From an uncultured Gammaproteobacteria bacterium (GTDB taxonomy: Bacteria > Patescibacteriota > Microgenomatia > CAZETR01 > Amesbacteraceae), in the NCBI GenBank assembly GCA_964518565.1, contig CAZFGX010000001.1:460470-524469 (forward strand): 64,000 nucleotides of DNA, written 5' to 3'. Below, piece by piece: positions 9,735-18,847 of this stretch (the stretch's first letter is position 1; each line of letters opens with the position of its first letter). The position numbers and the translations under genes are program-made. The notes beneath the pieces are model-generated. The model saw only the letters and a program-made list of their open reading frames with translations, did not search any database and was not told the origin of the DNA.

Positions 9735-10676
9735 CTACGAAACTGCCTCGGCTTGCCGCCGTCGACTCCGCCAAACTATCAATATCAATATAAATATCCC
9801 TAAAACCAATGCGCCAATAATGGCTACAGAAGTCTTAGAAAACATCTGATTTTTGGCTTGAATAGTAATATTTAGATCTACTCGTTTCACATCTCCAGAC
9901 AAAAATACCTTTTGTTCGCCTGTATAACCCTGATAGGCAATGGTCACCGTATGCTCACCAGCTTCTACTTGATCAAACACCACCTCACCTAGACTATTTG
10001 TCTTGCCTGTGCGCGGTTCGGAATGCAATGTCACCTCTGCTTGGTCTACTGGTTTTTGCTGCTGATCTTTTACTGAAATTTTTACCTGATAGTCATTGGT
10101 TACGGCAGGAGAGACGGTAGGTGTGGTAGAAATAGGAATAACTGGCCCAGGTGTTGGGGTGGGAATGACCATTTCCGAAGTCAGTTCTAATTGATTATTT
10201 GCGGTATATGACCGAGTTTTGGTTGACAATTCATTTGACCAACCACCAACTGCACAACCATTACCGCCTCTGACTCTAAAATAATACGTGGAATTAGCGT
10301 TTAACTTTGACACGGTATAAATATGAGTATTTTTATCGCCGATATTTTCACTTCCATATTGATACGCGCCAGTAGAGGTACCATATTCCAATACATAGTG
10401 GTCGATTGGATCATCTGCCGAAGTGAAATACAGTTGCACGGTAGATGTACTCGTAACTATTGCCCCATACAACCACGGCACCTTTCCACCTGGAGTCGCA
10501 TCTAAACACCCTGGTTTGCTGGGTGTATTGTTTGACGATGTGGTAGTGGAAGAGGAGCTGTCGTATGTGCTTCCTGAGTATGTTCCACTACCATATGTGC
10601 TAGCTAAAACAGAATTTGGACCACTAAATACCCACAACCCAAAAAACATCAGACTGGTAAGTAGTATTTTTTTCAT
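9735..10676 (-). CDS. surface protein: signal peptide, FN3 domain, Pro/Thr linker, carboxypeptidase-regulatory-like domain, C-terminal TM anchor
   Basis: LNANSTYYFRVRGGNGC FN3 motif; hydrophobic tail followed by RSRRR. Confidence 0.8.
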   Translation of the reverse strand: MKKILLTSLMFFGLWVFSGPNSVLASTYGSGTYSGSTYDSSSSTTTSSNNTPSKPGCLDATPGGKVPWLYGAIVTSTSTVQLYFTSADDPIDHYVLEYGTSTGAYQYGSENIGDKNTHIYTVSKLNANSTYYFRVRGGNGCAVGGWSNELSTKTRSYTANNQLELTSEMVIPTPTPGPVIPISTTPTVSPAVTNDYQVKISVKDQQQKPVDQAEVTLHSEPRTGKTNSLGEVVFDQVEAGEHTVTIAYQGYTGEQKVFLSGDVKRVDLNITIQAKNQMFSKTSVAIIGALVLGIFILILIVWRSRRRQAEAVS

Positions 10677-10700
10677 CACAGGTATAAAATAAAACAAGCT

Positions 10701-10880
10701 ATGTTCGGAATCGGCTTGCAAGAACTCATTGTTATTTTACTCATTATCTTACTCCTTTTTGGAGGCAAAAATTTGCCTGAATTATCCAAAAATATTGGCG
10801 CCGCACTAAAAGAACTGCGCAAAGGTCTAACAGGTGAATCAGACAATGACAGTAGTAATAAAAACAAAAAAACCAAATAA
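10701..10880 (+). CDS. tatA: TatA/E subunit (59 aa, below the ORF-track cutoff)
   Basis: translated by hand: MFGIGLQELIVILLIILLLFGGKNLPELSKNIGAALKELRKG... Confidence 0.92.
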   Translation: MFGIGLQELIVILLIILLLFGGKNLPELSKNIGAALKELRKGLTGESDNDSSNKNKKTK

Positions 10881-11652
10881 CCGCCAGACACTTCTTTTTC
10901 ACCTTCTCGAACTTCGTAGCCGAATATTTCACTATATTATTACTCTTTTAGTTGTATCTCTGCTTGCATACACCCAGCACGAAAAAATCTTGAAATTTAT
11001 CGTGCTGCCATTAAACCAACCTTTATTCTATTCCACCCCTACTGGAGCGTTTGATTCAATAGTAAAAGTTTGTTTGTTTACAGGGTTTATTTTGACAATA
11101 CCAGTTTTAATTTATCAAATTCTTAGCTTTGTCACCCCTACAATTTCCACTTCAAATAAAAAAACTTTGATCAAAATAATTATTTCTTCATGTGTGTCAA
11201 TGGTTATCGGCATTGGTTTTGCCTTTTTTGTGACTCTACCAGCCGCATTAAAATTTTTAAACACATTTGGTACATCTAATATTCATTCACTCATCACCAC
11301 CGATGCATATCTAAATTTTATCGTTCGCTATTTATTAGGATTTGGCATCTATTTCCAATTACCGATCGTACTCTGGATAATCGACAGTATTCACCCCTTG
11401 CCTCTAAAAATATTATTTTCAGCTCAACGTTGGGTCATTTTAATCAGTGTTATTTTTGCCGCAGTAATTACGCCTACTCCAGATATCATCAATTTGGCAC
11501 TTATGGCAGTGCCTTGCATTATTTTGTATCAAATATCTGTAGTAGTTTTATGGCTAATTCATAGAAAAAAATTGACAATACAGCCACAAAAATTTAAACT
11601 AAAAAAGTATGCAAATTCAAAAGTTATTAAGCAAAAAAATGACCCGGCGTGA
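10846..11652 (+). CDS. tatC: TatC subunit
   Basis: HLLELRSRI, FQLP, AAVITPTPD motifs, about 6 TM helices; follows tatA. Confidence 0.92.
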   Translation: MTVVIKTKKPNNRQTLLFHLLELRSRIFHYIITLLVVSLLAYTQHEKILKFIVLPLNQPLFYSTPTGAFDSIVKVCLFTGFILTIPVLIYQILSFVTPTISTSNKKTLIKIIISSCVSMVIGIGFAFFVTLPAALKFLNTFGTSNIHSLITTDAYLNFIVRYLLGFGIYFQLPIVLWIIDSIHPLPLKILFSAQRWVILISVIFAAVITPTPDIINLALMAVPCIILYQISVVVLWLIHRKKLTIQPQKFKLKKYANSKVIKQKNDPA

Positions 11653-11785
11653 ATTTTTGATATTTGCTGGAGTATCTCTTATTGGTCTTACTGGATTTGG
11701 TCAGTTACTCAGTCCTTCACCTGCGAAAAAGAAATCTGCAGATTTCGGGTATGGTACCTACGGAGGAACCTCAAAAATATAACCT

Positions 11786-13285
11786 ATGTCAGCTAGATTG
11801 CCCACCGTCGGAGGGGATGACGGTAACTGGGGAACTATTCTCAACCAGTTTCTTCAAGTTGCTCACAATACCGACGGTACGCTCAAAAACTATCTCTATA
11901 ATGTCAAAGACTATGGTGCGGTCGCGGACGGCTCTACAGACGATCGCTCCGCCATTCAGTCAGCTATAGATGCAGCCGCTACTGCTGGTGGGGGTATCGT
12001 ATTCCTCCCTGCAGGTACGTACATAGTAGGTGCCAACTCTTCTACCCCGACTAATAATATTGCCTGTGCTTTACGTCTAGGAAACCATGTTTGGCTTGTT
12101 GGCGCAGGAATGTATAGCACTATTATCAAGTTGGCTGCCAGCGCCAACGTGAGTGTTATCTCCAACTACATCTCTACCAATGGGACTGAAGCCAATGCAG
12201 AATTTTGTGCCATTCGGGATCTACAAATTCACGGTAACAAATCGAGCCAATCAGGCACGAGCCATGGAATATATTTTAGTTGTTACCCTTCTGGGTCAAA
12301 AGCCACGAATGACGACGATTTTGATACTCATCAGCTTTTTGACAATGTCATGATTTACCAGTGTCTAAACAATGGCTTTTATATGACCAATCGCAGCTCT
12401 TCTATACTCAACAACGTCTTCAGTTACAAATGTGACGGCTATGGTTTCAATCCTACATATGACACAGTACTTACTGGCTGTGTTTCAGGCTGGTCAGGTG
12501 TCCAGGGATTTTATGTAGATCATGCCAGTGTGACCTTGGAAGGTTGTAAAGCGTTTTATTCTGGCCAATCAACCGCCGCATCAGGAAACGGCTTTCATAT
12601 TCGCAATAACACCAATGGCGGCGTCTCACTTACTGGTTGTATAGCTCAAGACAATAAAAATTGTGGCTTCACACTAGATACCTCAAATCGAACTACCTTA
12701 GTAGGCTGCGTCGCCGACTCAAACTCTACTCGATCTGCGTCAATCTCACCTGGTTTTGATTTATACGCCGCTACATATAGCACATTATCTGGATGTCTGG
12801 CATTTGAACGAAAAGCCGACAATAGCAACTCATACCAACGCAACGCCTTACGTGTTCGTTCCAGCAGCACGAACAACCGAATTGAAATTACTCATTCTGC
12901 TGCCAATTCTGCCACGATTAGTACGGCTATTATGTCCAGCTCAGATAGTCTGGAAGGCAATACTATTATGATCAATAACCAAGGTTTCAATAGTTCTCAA
13001 AGTGTGACCTATGCTTCCAGTATCACTCCAGACCCATACGCCGGCAGTACACTCCGATTGACGCTCACTGGAAACATCACCATTGGTGCTACCACCAATC
13101 ATCATGCCGGTTCACGTATGACATTTATTTTTACACAGGGCGGCAGTGGGGGATATACCGTTACCTGGAACGCAGTCTACAAGGTGAGTTGGTCGCCGGA
13201 CACCACATTGGGGAAAATTAATACCATTACTTTTCAATACGACGGTACCAACTGGGTGCAAATTGGTGCCGCCACCGGCCTGTAA
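11786..13285 (+). CDS. right-handed beta-helix protein (pectate-lyase-3/tailspike-like) with tail-fibre-like C-terminal domain
   Basis: NVKDYGAVADGSTDD..AIQSAIDAA..GGGIVFLPAGTY; Asn/Cys-ladder repeats. Confidence 0.8.
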   Translation: MSARLPTVGGDDGNWGTILNQFLQVAHNTDGTLKNYLYNVKDYGAVADGSTDDRSAIQSAIDAAATAGGGIVFLPAGTYIVGANSSTPTNNIACALRLGNHVWLVGAGMYSTIIKLAASANVSVISNYISTNGTEANAEFCAIRDLQIHGNKSSQSGTSHGIYFSCYPSGSKATNDDDFDTHQLFDNVMIYQCLNNGFYMTNRSSSILNNVFSYKCDGYGFNPTYDTVLTGCVSGWSGVQGFYVDHASVTLEGCKAFYSGQSTAASGNGFHIRNNTNGGVSLTGCIAQDNKNCGFTLDTSNRTTLVGCVADSNSTRSASISPGFDLYAATYSTLSGCLAFERKADNSNSYQRNALRVRSSSTNNRIEITHSAANSATISTAIMSSSDSLEGNTIMINNQGFNSSQSVTYASSITPDPYAGSTLRLTLTGNITIGATTNHHAGSRMTFIFTQGGSGGYTVTWNAVYKVSWSPDTTLGKINTITFQYDGTNWVQIGAATGL

Positions 13286-13308
13286 AATAGCTTCGATCGC
13301 GTATAATA

Positions 13309-13441
13309 GGATCAGATCACTTAACAATTTGCCCCTGTAGCTCAATAGCGACCGAGTCTGCGAGGGAGATATACCTGGAGACCCTCGCGCACAAGCGACG
13401 AGGAAGAGGTCGCCAGGTATGGATCAGATATTTAACAATTT
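13309..13441 (+). repeat. upstream duplicate of tRNA-Arg leader and 5' end with 74-bp hairpin insert
   Basis: TTAACAATTTGCCCCTGTAGCTCAAT at 13321 and 13432; insert 13347-13420 with ATACCTGG/CCAGGTAT stem. Confidence 0.9.
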
Positions 13442-13514
13442 GCCCCTGTAGCTCAATGGATCAGAGCGTCGGTCTTCGGAACCGTAGATGAGGGTTCGAT
13501 TCCTTCCAGGGGCA
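13442..13514 (+). tRNA. tRNA-Arg(TCG)
   Basis: GCCCCTG/CAGGGGC acceptor stem, loop CTTCGGA, GGTTCGA T-arm. Confidence 0.93.
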
Positions 13515-13543
13515 CAGATTTGTCTTATCACGATAAATAGATT

Positions 13544-13918
13544 ATGGCTGTAATAAAGCTAAAAAGACTGTTTATATTAATCAGTCTCGTGATTATTATT
13601 TTTATATCTGCTCTAGCAGGGCTAATTTGGTATTCGGTTTACTCAGACGGGCCACAAAGCTGGAATCCCTGGATTAATGTATACGATGCACAGTCCTGCC
13701 ATGAAAAAATGGGGAATGCTCAGTGCAACATAAAAAATTGGGGCGAAACACAAGAAGTCTCGCTAGAAAATACATTGCAAAAAAATCTTGGTTCGTCAGT
13801 TACCGTACAAGATATAATTTGTGAGGATCACTCGCGAACATCAGACAAGGTTTCTTTAATTTCTTTACATTCAAAAGTTAAATTTGGTCATGTTTACCAT
13901 TGCTGGTTTAAAAGTTAA
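13544..13918 (+). CDS. hypothetical protein, N-terminal TM, 4 Cys
   Basis: ORF with hydrophobic N-terminus. Confidence 0.6.
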   Translation: MAVIKLKRLFILISLVIIIFISALAGLIWYSVYSDGPQSWNPWINVYDAQSCHEKMGNAQCNIKNWGETQEVSLENTLQKNLGSSVTVQDIICEDHSRTSDKVSLISLHSKVKFGHVYHCWFKS

Positions 13919-13936
13919 TGCTGCTAAAATAGCAAT

Positions 13937-14677
13937 GTGCCTATCTCTCTCCGAGCCAATCTGTTAAAAGCAGAAGTCGCTCAGGTATACAAAACTCTTA
14001 TACACGAAGGCGTCGAAATTCAGCCGGTCTCTTGGTATGCCTCAGCCTTTATAGTACACAACAAATCCACCTCCGAACTCACTCAGCTCCAAAGTTACAA
14101 AGACGGCCTGTTTTATATTCAAAATCTGTCCAGTATGTTACCAGTTCTTGCGCTCGATCCTCAGCCAGAGGAAAAAATACTCGATTTATGTGCTGCTCCC
14201 GGTAGTAAAACCACGCAAATTGCTTCAGAAACATTTGGTAAATCATTGATCACAGCTGTAGATATTAGTCGAGATCGTCTGTACAAACTCAAAGCAATTC
14301 TAGAAAAACAGAATGTCACCAATGTGCAAATACTAAATACTCCTGGCGAATTTTTGTGGAAAAAATATCCAGATTATTTTGACAAAGTCTTAGTCGATGC
14401 ACCGTGTAGTATGGAACAGGGGGATGGGACTCAAGAAAAGCGCGCCAAAATCCTAGCTCAAAAACAAAAATATCTGCTCCGCTCCGCTGTGTCCTGTTGT
14501 CGGCCTGGAGGGACAATCATATACTCTACCTGCAGTATTACCAGAGTAGAGAACGAAGAAAATATCGACTGGATATTGTCCAAAGAACCGGATAAAGTCA
14601 TTTGTGAATACGCCGTCCGTGTTTGGCCAGACGAACTTGCGGAAGGATTTTTCTTGGCCAAGCTTATTCGAAAATAA
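13937..14677 (+). CDS. RsmB/RsmF (NOL1/NOP2) RNA m5C methyltransferase
   Basis: LDLCAAPGSKT, DAPCS, YSTCS motifs. Confidence 0.9.
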   Translation: MPISLRANLLKAEVAQVYKTLIHEGVEIQPVSWYASAFIVHNKSTSELTQLQSYKDGLFYIQNLSSMLPVLALDPQPEEKILDLCAAPGSKTTQIASETFGKSLITAVDISRDRLYKLKAILEKQNVTNVQILNTPGEFLWKKYPDYFDKVLVDAPCSMEQGDGTQEKRAKILAQKQKYLLRSAVSCCRPGGTIIYSTCSITRVENEENIDWILSKEPDKVICEYAVRVWPDELAEGFFLAKLIRK

Positions 14678-14679
14678 AA

Positions 14680-15825
14680 ATGAAAAAATATTTGCTTATT
14701 GGTCTGGGAATTATTTTAATTTTGTTGGGATTGCGAATCTATAAAACGTACAAAGGCTTTGCGCCCATACTCTCAAACTCACCCACAAAACCAATAGATA
14801 ATACTCCACAAAACACCACAGGCCTGCCACTCACAATAGTCCCAGGTTACAAAATATCTCTGTTTGCCACAAATTTGGGCAACCCACGAGACTTACAATG
14901 GGATCCTCAGGGAGTGCTTTTGGCTTCAATACCAGACCAAGGCCGAGTAGTCGCGCTGCCAGATGAAAACAAAGATGGCCAAGCAGACAAACCAGTTACA
15001 GTAGTATTTGGCCTGCACAAACCTCACGGACTAGCCTTTGCCAAAAATACTTTATATATTGGCGAAACGGATAAGGTGGTGAAATATGAATATGACGGCA
15101 AATTGTTTAAAGCCAACAAGCCACAAAAAATTCTGGATTTACCTGGCGGTGGAAATCATTGGACTAGACAACTACTCATAAAAGACAACCAGTTATTTAT
15201 CGCAATTGGATCTAGCTGTAATGTCTGCAAAGAGACTGATACTCGTCGTGCAACGGTTCAAGTAGCCAATTTAGACGGTACCAACCTTCACACTTTTGCC
15301 TCTGGACTCAGAAATTCACCCTTTTTAATAGAAAATCCCTACACCAAGGATATTTGGGCTACGGAAATGGGCAGAGATAATCTTGGCGACGACACACCGC
15401 CAGACGAAATAAATATCCTTAAAGCAGACAAAAACTATGGCTGGCCGATTTGCTATGGTCAAAATATTCATGACCAAAATTTTGATAAAAATACCTATAT
15501 TCAAAACCCCTGTAGTCAAACCCTACAGGCTACGGTAGATCTACCAGCTCACTCAGCACCTTTAGGCCTGGCCTTCGCATCAAAAGATACACTTCTGGTA
15601 GCTTTTCATGGTTCTTGGAATAGAAGCGTCCCAACAGGCTACAAAATCGTTTCCATCGATATAAAAACCAAACAAATTTCAGATTTTGTCACTGGCTGGC
15701 TGGTATCTCCAAAAAATGCCATTGGTCGACCGGTAGATTTATTGTTTGACTCACAAAAGAATTTATATGTCTCAGATGACAAATCCGGAAATATCTACAA
15801 GATCACTCCACTTTCGCCCCAATAA
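14680..15825 (+). CDS. PQQ-dependent sugar/sorbosone dehydrogenase-like beta-propeller
   Basis: IGSSCNVC, GLRN, NYGWP, HSAPLG, HGSWNR motifs; N-terminal anchor. Confidence 0.85.
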   Translation: MKKYLLIGLGIILILLGLRIYKTYKGFAPILSNSPTKPIDNTPQNTTGLPLTIVPGYKISLFATNLGNPRDLQWDPQGVLLASIPDQGRVVALPDENKDGQADKPVTVVFGLHKPHGLAFAKNTLYIGETDKVVKYEYDGKLFKANKPQKILDLPGGGNHWTRQLLIKDNQLFIAIGSSCNVCKETDTRRATVQVANLDGTNLHTFASGLRNSPFLIENPYTKDIWATEMGRDNLGDDTPPDEINILKADKNYGWPICYGQNIHDQNFDKNTYIQNPCSQTLQATVDLPAHSAPLGLAFASKDTLLVAFHGSWNRSVPTGYKIVSIDIKTKQISDFVTGWLVSPKNAIGRPVDLLFDSQKNLYVSDDKSGNIYKITPLSPQ

Positions 15826-16096
15826 AGTCCAAGTATGGCAAGACCTTTTTAACTTCAGCTCTAAATTTTTCTGCCAGACCTGCAGAATATTTTGCCTTGC
15901 CACCTGACTCCATTTTGGAACACAGTTTACGCTCTGCGTCTTCCACGGCACGTAAAATTGGTCTTCCTAGACGGTTAAATTCTTCTTGTACTGTAATCTG
16001 ATCTTTCCCGTATAAATCATGGATGGGTTTAAATGCATCAAAATCCTGCTTATGTAAAGAGATCAATTCTTCGACTGCTTTTTTGTATAAAGTCAT
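15803..16096 (-). CDS. hypothetical protein
   Basis: 97-aa helical ORF directly after the vWA pilin gene. Confidence 0.65.
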   Translation of the reverse strand: MTLYKKAVEELISLHKQDFDAFKPIHDLYGKDQITVQEEFNRLGRPILRAVEDAERKLCSKMESGGKAKYSAGLAEKFRAEVKKVLPYLDFIGAKVE

Positions 16097-16097
16097 A

Positions 16098-17321
16098 TTA
16101 TTGTAAAAACCGTTTAAAATTCAATTTTGCGCTGGTGGCGCTAGTAATAGACGTCTCTATTACATCAGAGAATACATTTGCCAATGAATAAGAGTCAGGA
16201 GCAGTATACGTCTTCTTGACAAAGATTTTGTCCCCATTTAATACGGTATTTAACATTTGAATAGTTTTATCATAAATATACTGACTATTCGGTACATAAT
16301 CTTCTGGTCGAGGAGCCATCAAAACCGCATAAGAGTCTACTTCATCGGGTTTTTGTCCAAAGCGAGCTGAACCTTGATTAATCTGCCATGTACCAGGAGA
16401 CCACTGATAGGTTTGTGGTGCCAGACTGCATGCCAAATAATTCAAAGCTTGGTTACTGCAACCACCATTGTTTTCATCCAAACTACAATCAGACGTCCCA
16501 CAATTGGCATTCGTCAAAGCAGTATTTGGTAAACCGTCTGTGATAAGTACAAAAATCTTTTTTACCATTGGAGAAACACTATAGTAGCCGTCAGCTACCA
16601 TTCCCGGAGCTCCTAAATTCGTACCTGCACCATTTTGTGCCACAGGTGGTAATAAATTTGGCGAATCGCAAATCCAGGCATCGTCCTGGGTGTACCATGT
16701 TTGTGCGGTCAATTTATTCAGAGTAGTTTGATGATCGTTTGTTGGATACTGAGTCCAATCAGCCGCTCGCCGGGTCGCAATAATACCCAAATAATATTTA
16801 TCTTTGCTGGTTTGATCTAGATTTGTAATATTTGTCACCAAAGACACAAAGGCTTGTTGGGCACGTGTGATCCGATGTGTGGAGTCGCTAGGGGAGACTG
16901 GATCATTCATAGACGGTGAACAATCAAATCCTACAATAAATTCCACCTTATTAAATTTTTCTAGACTTCCTGAAATAAGTTCAGATTCAACCTTCATATT
17001 ATTAGACGCATATGGCCATTTGGCCAAAAAGGTAATCAGTGTTCCTCCGGGTGTTGCTGTAGTATTTACATCTAGAGTTTTTCCCGCCCCGATATTTTGA
17101 GAATAAGTACCTGGTGTATAGCTAGGATAAAACAACATTTTTGTCACCACATCCACTGTTTCAAATTCAGCTCGATACGACGCGTTGGTCAAATCATAGA
17201 AAGACTGTTTTCGATTAATAGCCAGTAGTAAACGAGACTCCCAGGCTAACAACAAAAAAATCATCACTACTGACACCATAACCACGACAACAAATGAAAC
17301 AATGCCTTTTGTATTTCTCAT
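16098..17321 (-). CDS. PilX/GspK-like minor pilin with vWA domain (cassette 1)
   Basis: KG|IVSFVVV class III signal lacking E5; MIDAS DCSPS..GTN..ITDG. Confidence 0.75.
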   Translation of the reverse strand: MRNTKGIVSFVVVVMVSVVMIFLLLAWESRLLLAINRKQSFYDLTNASYRAEFETVDVVTKMLFYPSYTPGTYSQNIGAGKTLDVNTTATPGGTLITFLAKWPYASNNMKVESELISGSLEKFNKVEFIVGFDCSPSMNDPVSPSDSTHRITRAQQAFVSLVTNITNLDQTSKDKYYLGIIATRRAADWTQYPTNDHQTTLNKLTAQTWYTQDDAWICDSPNLLPPVAQNGAGTNLGAPGMVADGYYSVSPMVKKIFVLITDGLPNTALTNANCGTSDCSLDENNGGCSNQALNYLACSLAPQTYQWSPGTWQINQGSARFGQKPDEVDSYAVLMAPRPEDYVPNSQYIYDKTIQMLNTVLNGDKIFVKKTYTAPDSYSLANVFSDVIETSITSATSAKLNFKRFLQ

Positions 17322-17818
17322 AGAGTGACTGCCTGTTTTCGATTAGATACAACAATATCAACAGTATCAGTAGTAGTGGACACATTGCTCCGCATGGTCA
17401 ATGAAATTTTATAGCTTGGATATACAGTGCCATTAGAGTCTACTGCAGTAGTAAACGCAGTAATTTTAAATGCGTTTACCACGACATTTGAACCACTAAT
17501 GGGGGATTCGGTATTGGCTGCAATATCCTTTTTTACCAATACGCCATTGGAAATATAATAAGAAGTTTGGGTATTTATAGTCAGAGTTGCATTACTGTTT
17601 CCATCGCAACTCGTACAAGTAAATGTATTACCCCACTTGATCGCATTTGTTAGTTCTACTGCTGCATCGTTTTTAAATTGTTCTAGAGATTCTTGGTTGA
17701 CTCCTTGAGAATTTTTTGTTGCTGCAGACACAAAAATAAACGTAGATACCGACAAGACAATAGCTGCTAGCCCCATAGACAAAACCAGTTCGATGAGTGT
17801 AAAACCCTTTTGTCTCAT
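17318..17818 (-). CDS. minor pilin (PilW-like)
   Basis: KG|FTLIEL motif. Confidence 0.85.
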   Translation of the reverse strand: MRQKGFTLIELVLSMGLAAIVLSVSTFIFVSAATKNSQGVNQESLEQFKNDAAVELTNAIKWGNTFTCTSCDGNSNATLTINTQTSYYISNGVLVKKDIAANTESPISGSNVVVNAFKITAFTTAVDSNGTVYPSYKISLTMRSNVSTTTDTVDIVVSNRKQAVTL

Positions 17819-18339
17819 AAGTTAGAAATAAGTAAAGAGTTACTAATACATTTTGTTTGTTTATTTTCATCCCACTTCACAATTGATGTCAAAACCCTAC
17901 TATGAGTGTCAGCCACATATCCAGAATTGCAAGTTAAAGTAAAACTAGGTTCAGTTACACATGCATCTGTTTGAGCTGGTTTTTGTAGCGTCCCATCATT
18001 AGTATTCCGACACCAAGCAGACACGATCAGTGCTCGGCTATAACGATTTTTTACTAGTTCAGTAGCTCCAGCCGCCAAAGACTGCAGCTGCCAAGCATTT
18101 TGTGGAGAAGACACAGAAGTTACTGTATATCTCCCAGTAGAATAGGCATTCCAGTTCGTCAAAAAAACATTGTAGGCAGATTCCTGTGTTTGTTGCAACA
18201 ACAATGCAGCCTCAGTACCGTATTGTGCTTGTCGATTTCTTACAATCATCAGAGCAATAAGCGGATAGATAGAACTGACTAAAATAGCAATAATCCCAAT
18301 AGAAATCAGTGTATCGATGAGTGTAAATCCTGGTCTCAT
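17815..18339 (-). CDS. minor pilin (PilV-like)
   Basis: PG|FTLIDTL motif (D at position 5). Confidence 0.8.
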   Translation of the reverse strand: MRPGFTLIDTLISIGIIAILVSSIYPLIALMIVRNRQAQYGTEAALLLQQTQESAYNVFLTNWNAYSTGRYTVTSVSSPQNAWQLQSLAAGATELVKNRYSRALIVSAWCRNTNDGTLQKPAQTDACVTEPSFTLTCNSGYVADTHSRVLTSIVKWDENKQTKCISNSLLISNL

Positions 18340-18391
18340 ACCCTATACCATACTAGCACTTTTTGCGTTTGTTGACTAAAATACGCATACT

Positions 18392-18487
18392 GCGGGTATA
18401 GCTCAATGGTAGAGCACCAGTTTTCTCCGCCAATAGTTTCACAATTTGGCGGATCCGCCTGAATGCAAAGCTTTCGGCGGACAAACT
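18392..18487 (+). repeat. duplicate tRNA-Gly 5' half interrupted at anticodon 35/36 by two 28-bp TCCGCC..GGCGGA hairpins
   Basis: 18392-18425 identical to 18745-18778; insert 18426-18481; CAAACT resumes tRNA sequence. Confidence 0.92.
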
Positions 18488-18754
18488 ATGTATTACACAT
18501 ACGTACTACATTGTGAGTCTTTAAAAAAGCAAGTTTTTTATACCGGGTATTGTGAAGATCTAAAAAACAGAATAGAAGAACATAAATCTAAAAAAGTACA
18601 GACTACTAAAGTATTTGATAAAATCACTTTGGTCTACTATGAAGCCTGTTTAAATAAAACAGATGCTCGTAAACGAGAAATTCAGTTAAAAACTGGCTTT
18701 GGTAGAGGATATTTGAAAAATAGATTAAAATCCTATTTACAAATGCGGGTATAG
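18488..18754 (+). CDS. small stand-alone GIY-YIG nuclease (88 aa)
   Basis: YYTYVL..FYTGY..R..H..YYE..RE..LK motif; stop codon lies inside the tRNA-Gly 5' end. Confidence 0.88.
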   Translation: MYYTYVLHCESLKKQVFYTGYCEDLKNRIEEHKSKKVQTTKVFDKITLVYYEACLNKTDARKREIQLKTGFGRGYLKNRLKSYLQMRV

Positions 18755-18818
18755 CTCAATGGTAGAGCACCAGTTTTCCAAACTGGCTACAGGGGTCCGA
18801 TTCCCCTTACCCGCTCCA
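18745..18818 (+). tRNA. tRNA-Gly(TCC)
   Basis: cloverleaf, loop TTTCCAA, encoded CCA; T-loop TCCGATT. Confidence 0.92.
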
Positions 18819-18847
18819 AGAGTTGCATTAAGGCGTATAGTAAAGAT

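Noticed and set aside
11786-13285. Prophage
   Set aside because: No capsid, terminase, portal or integrase genes are nearby.
18446-18487. MADPPECK N-terminal extension of the GIY-YIG protein
   Set aside because: It is a TTG start inside the hairpin insert; the GIY motif begins at ATG 18488.
18392-18818. Group I intron with homing endonuclease in tRNA-Gly
   Set aside because: No group I core is visible, non-coding sequence is too short, and a complete tRNA follows, so splicing is not needed.
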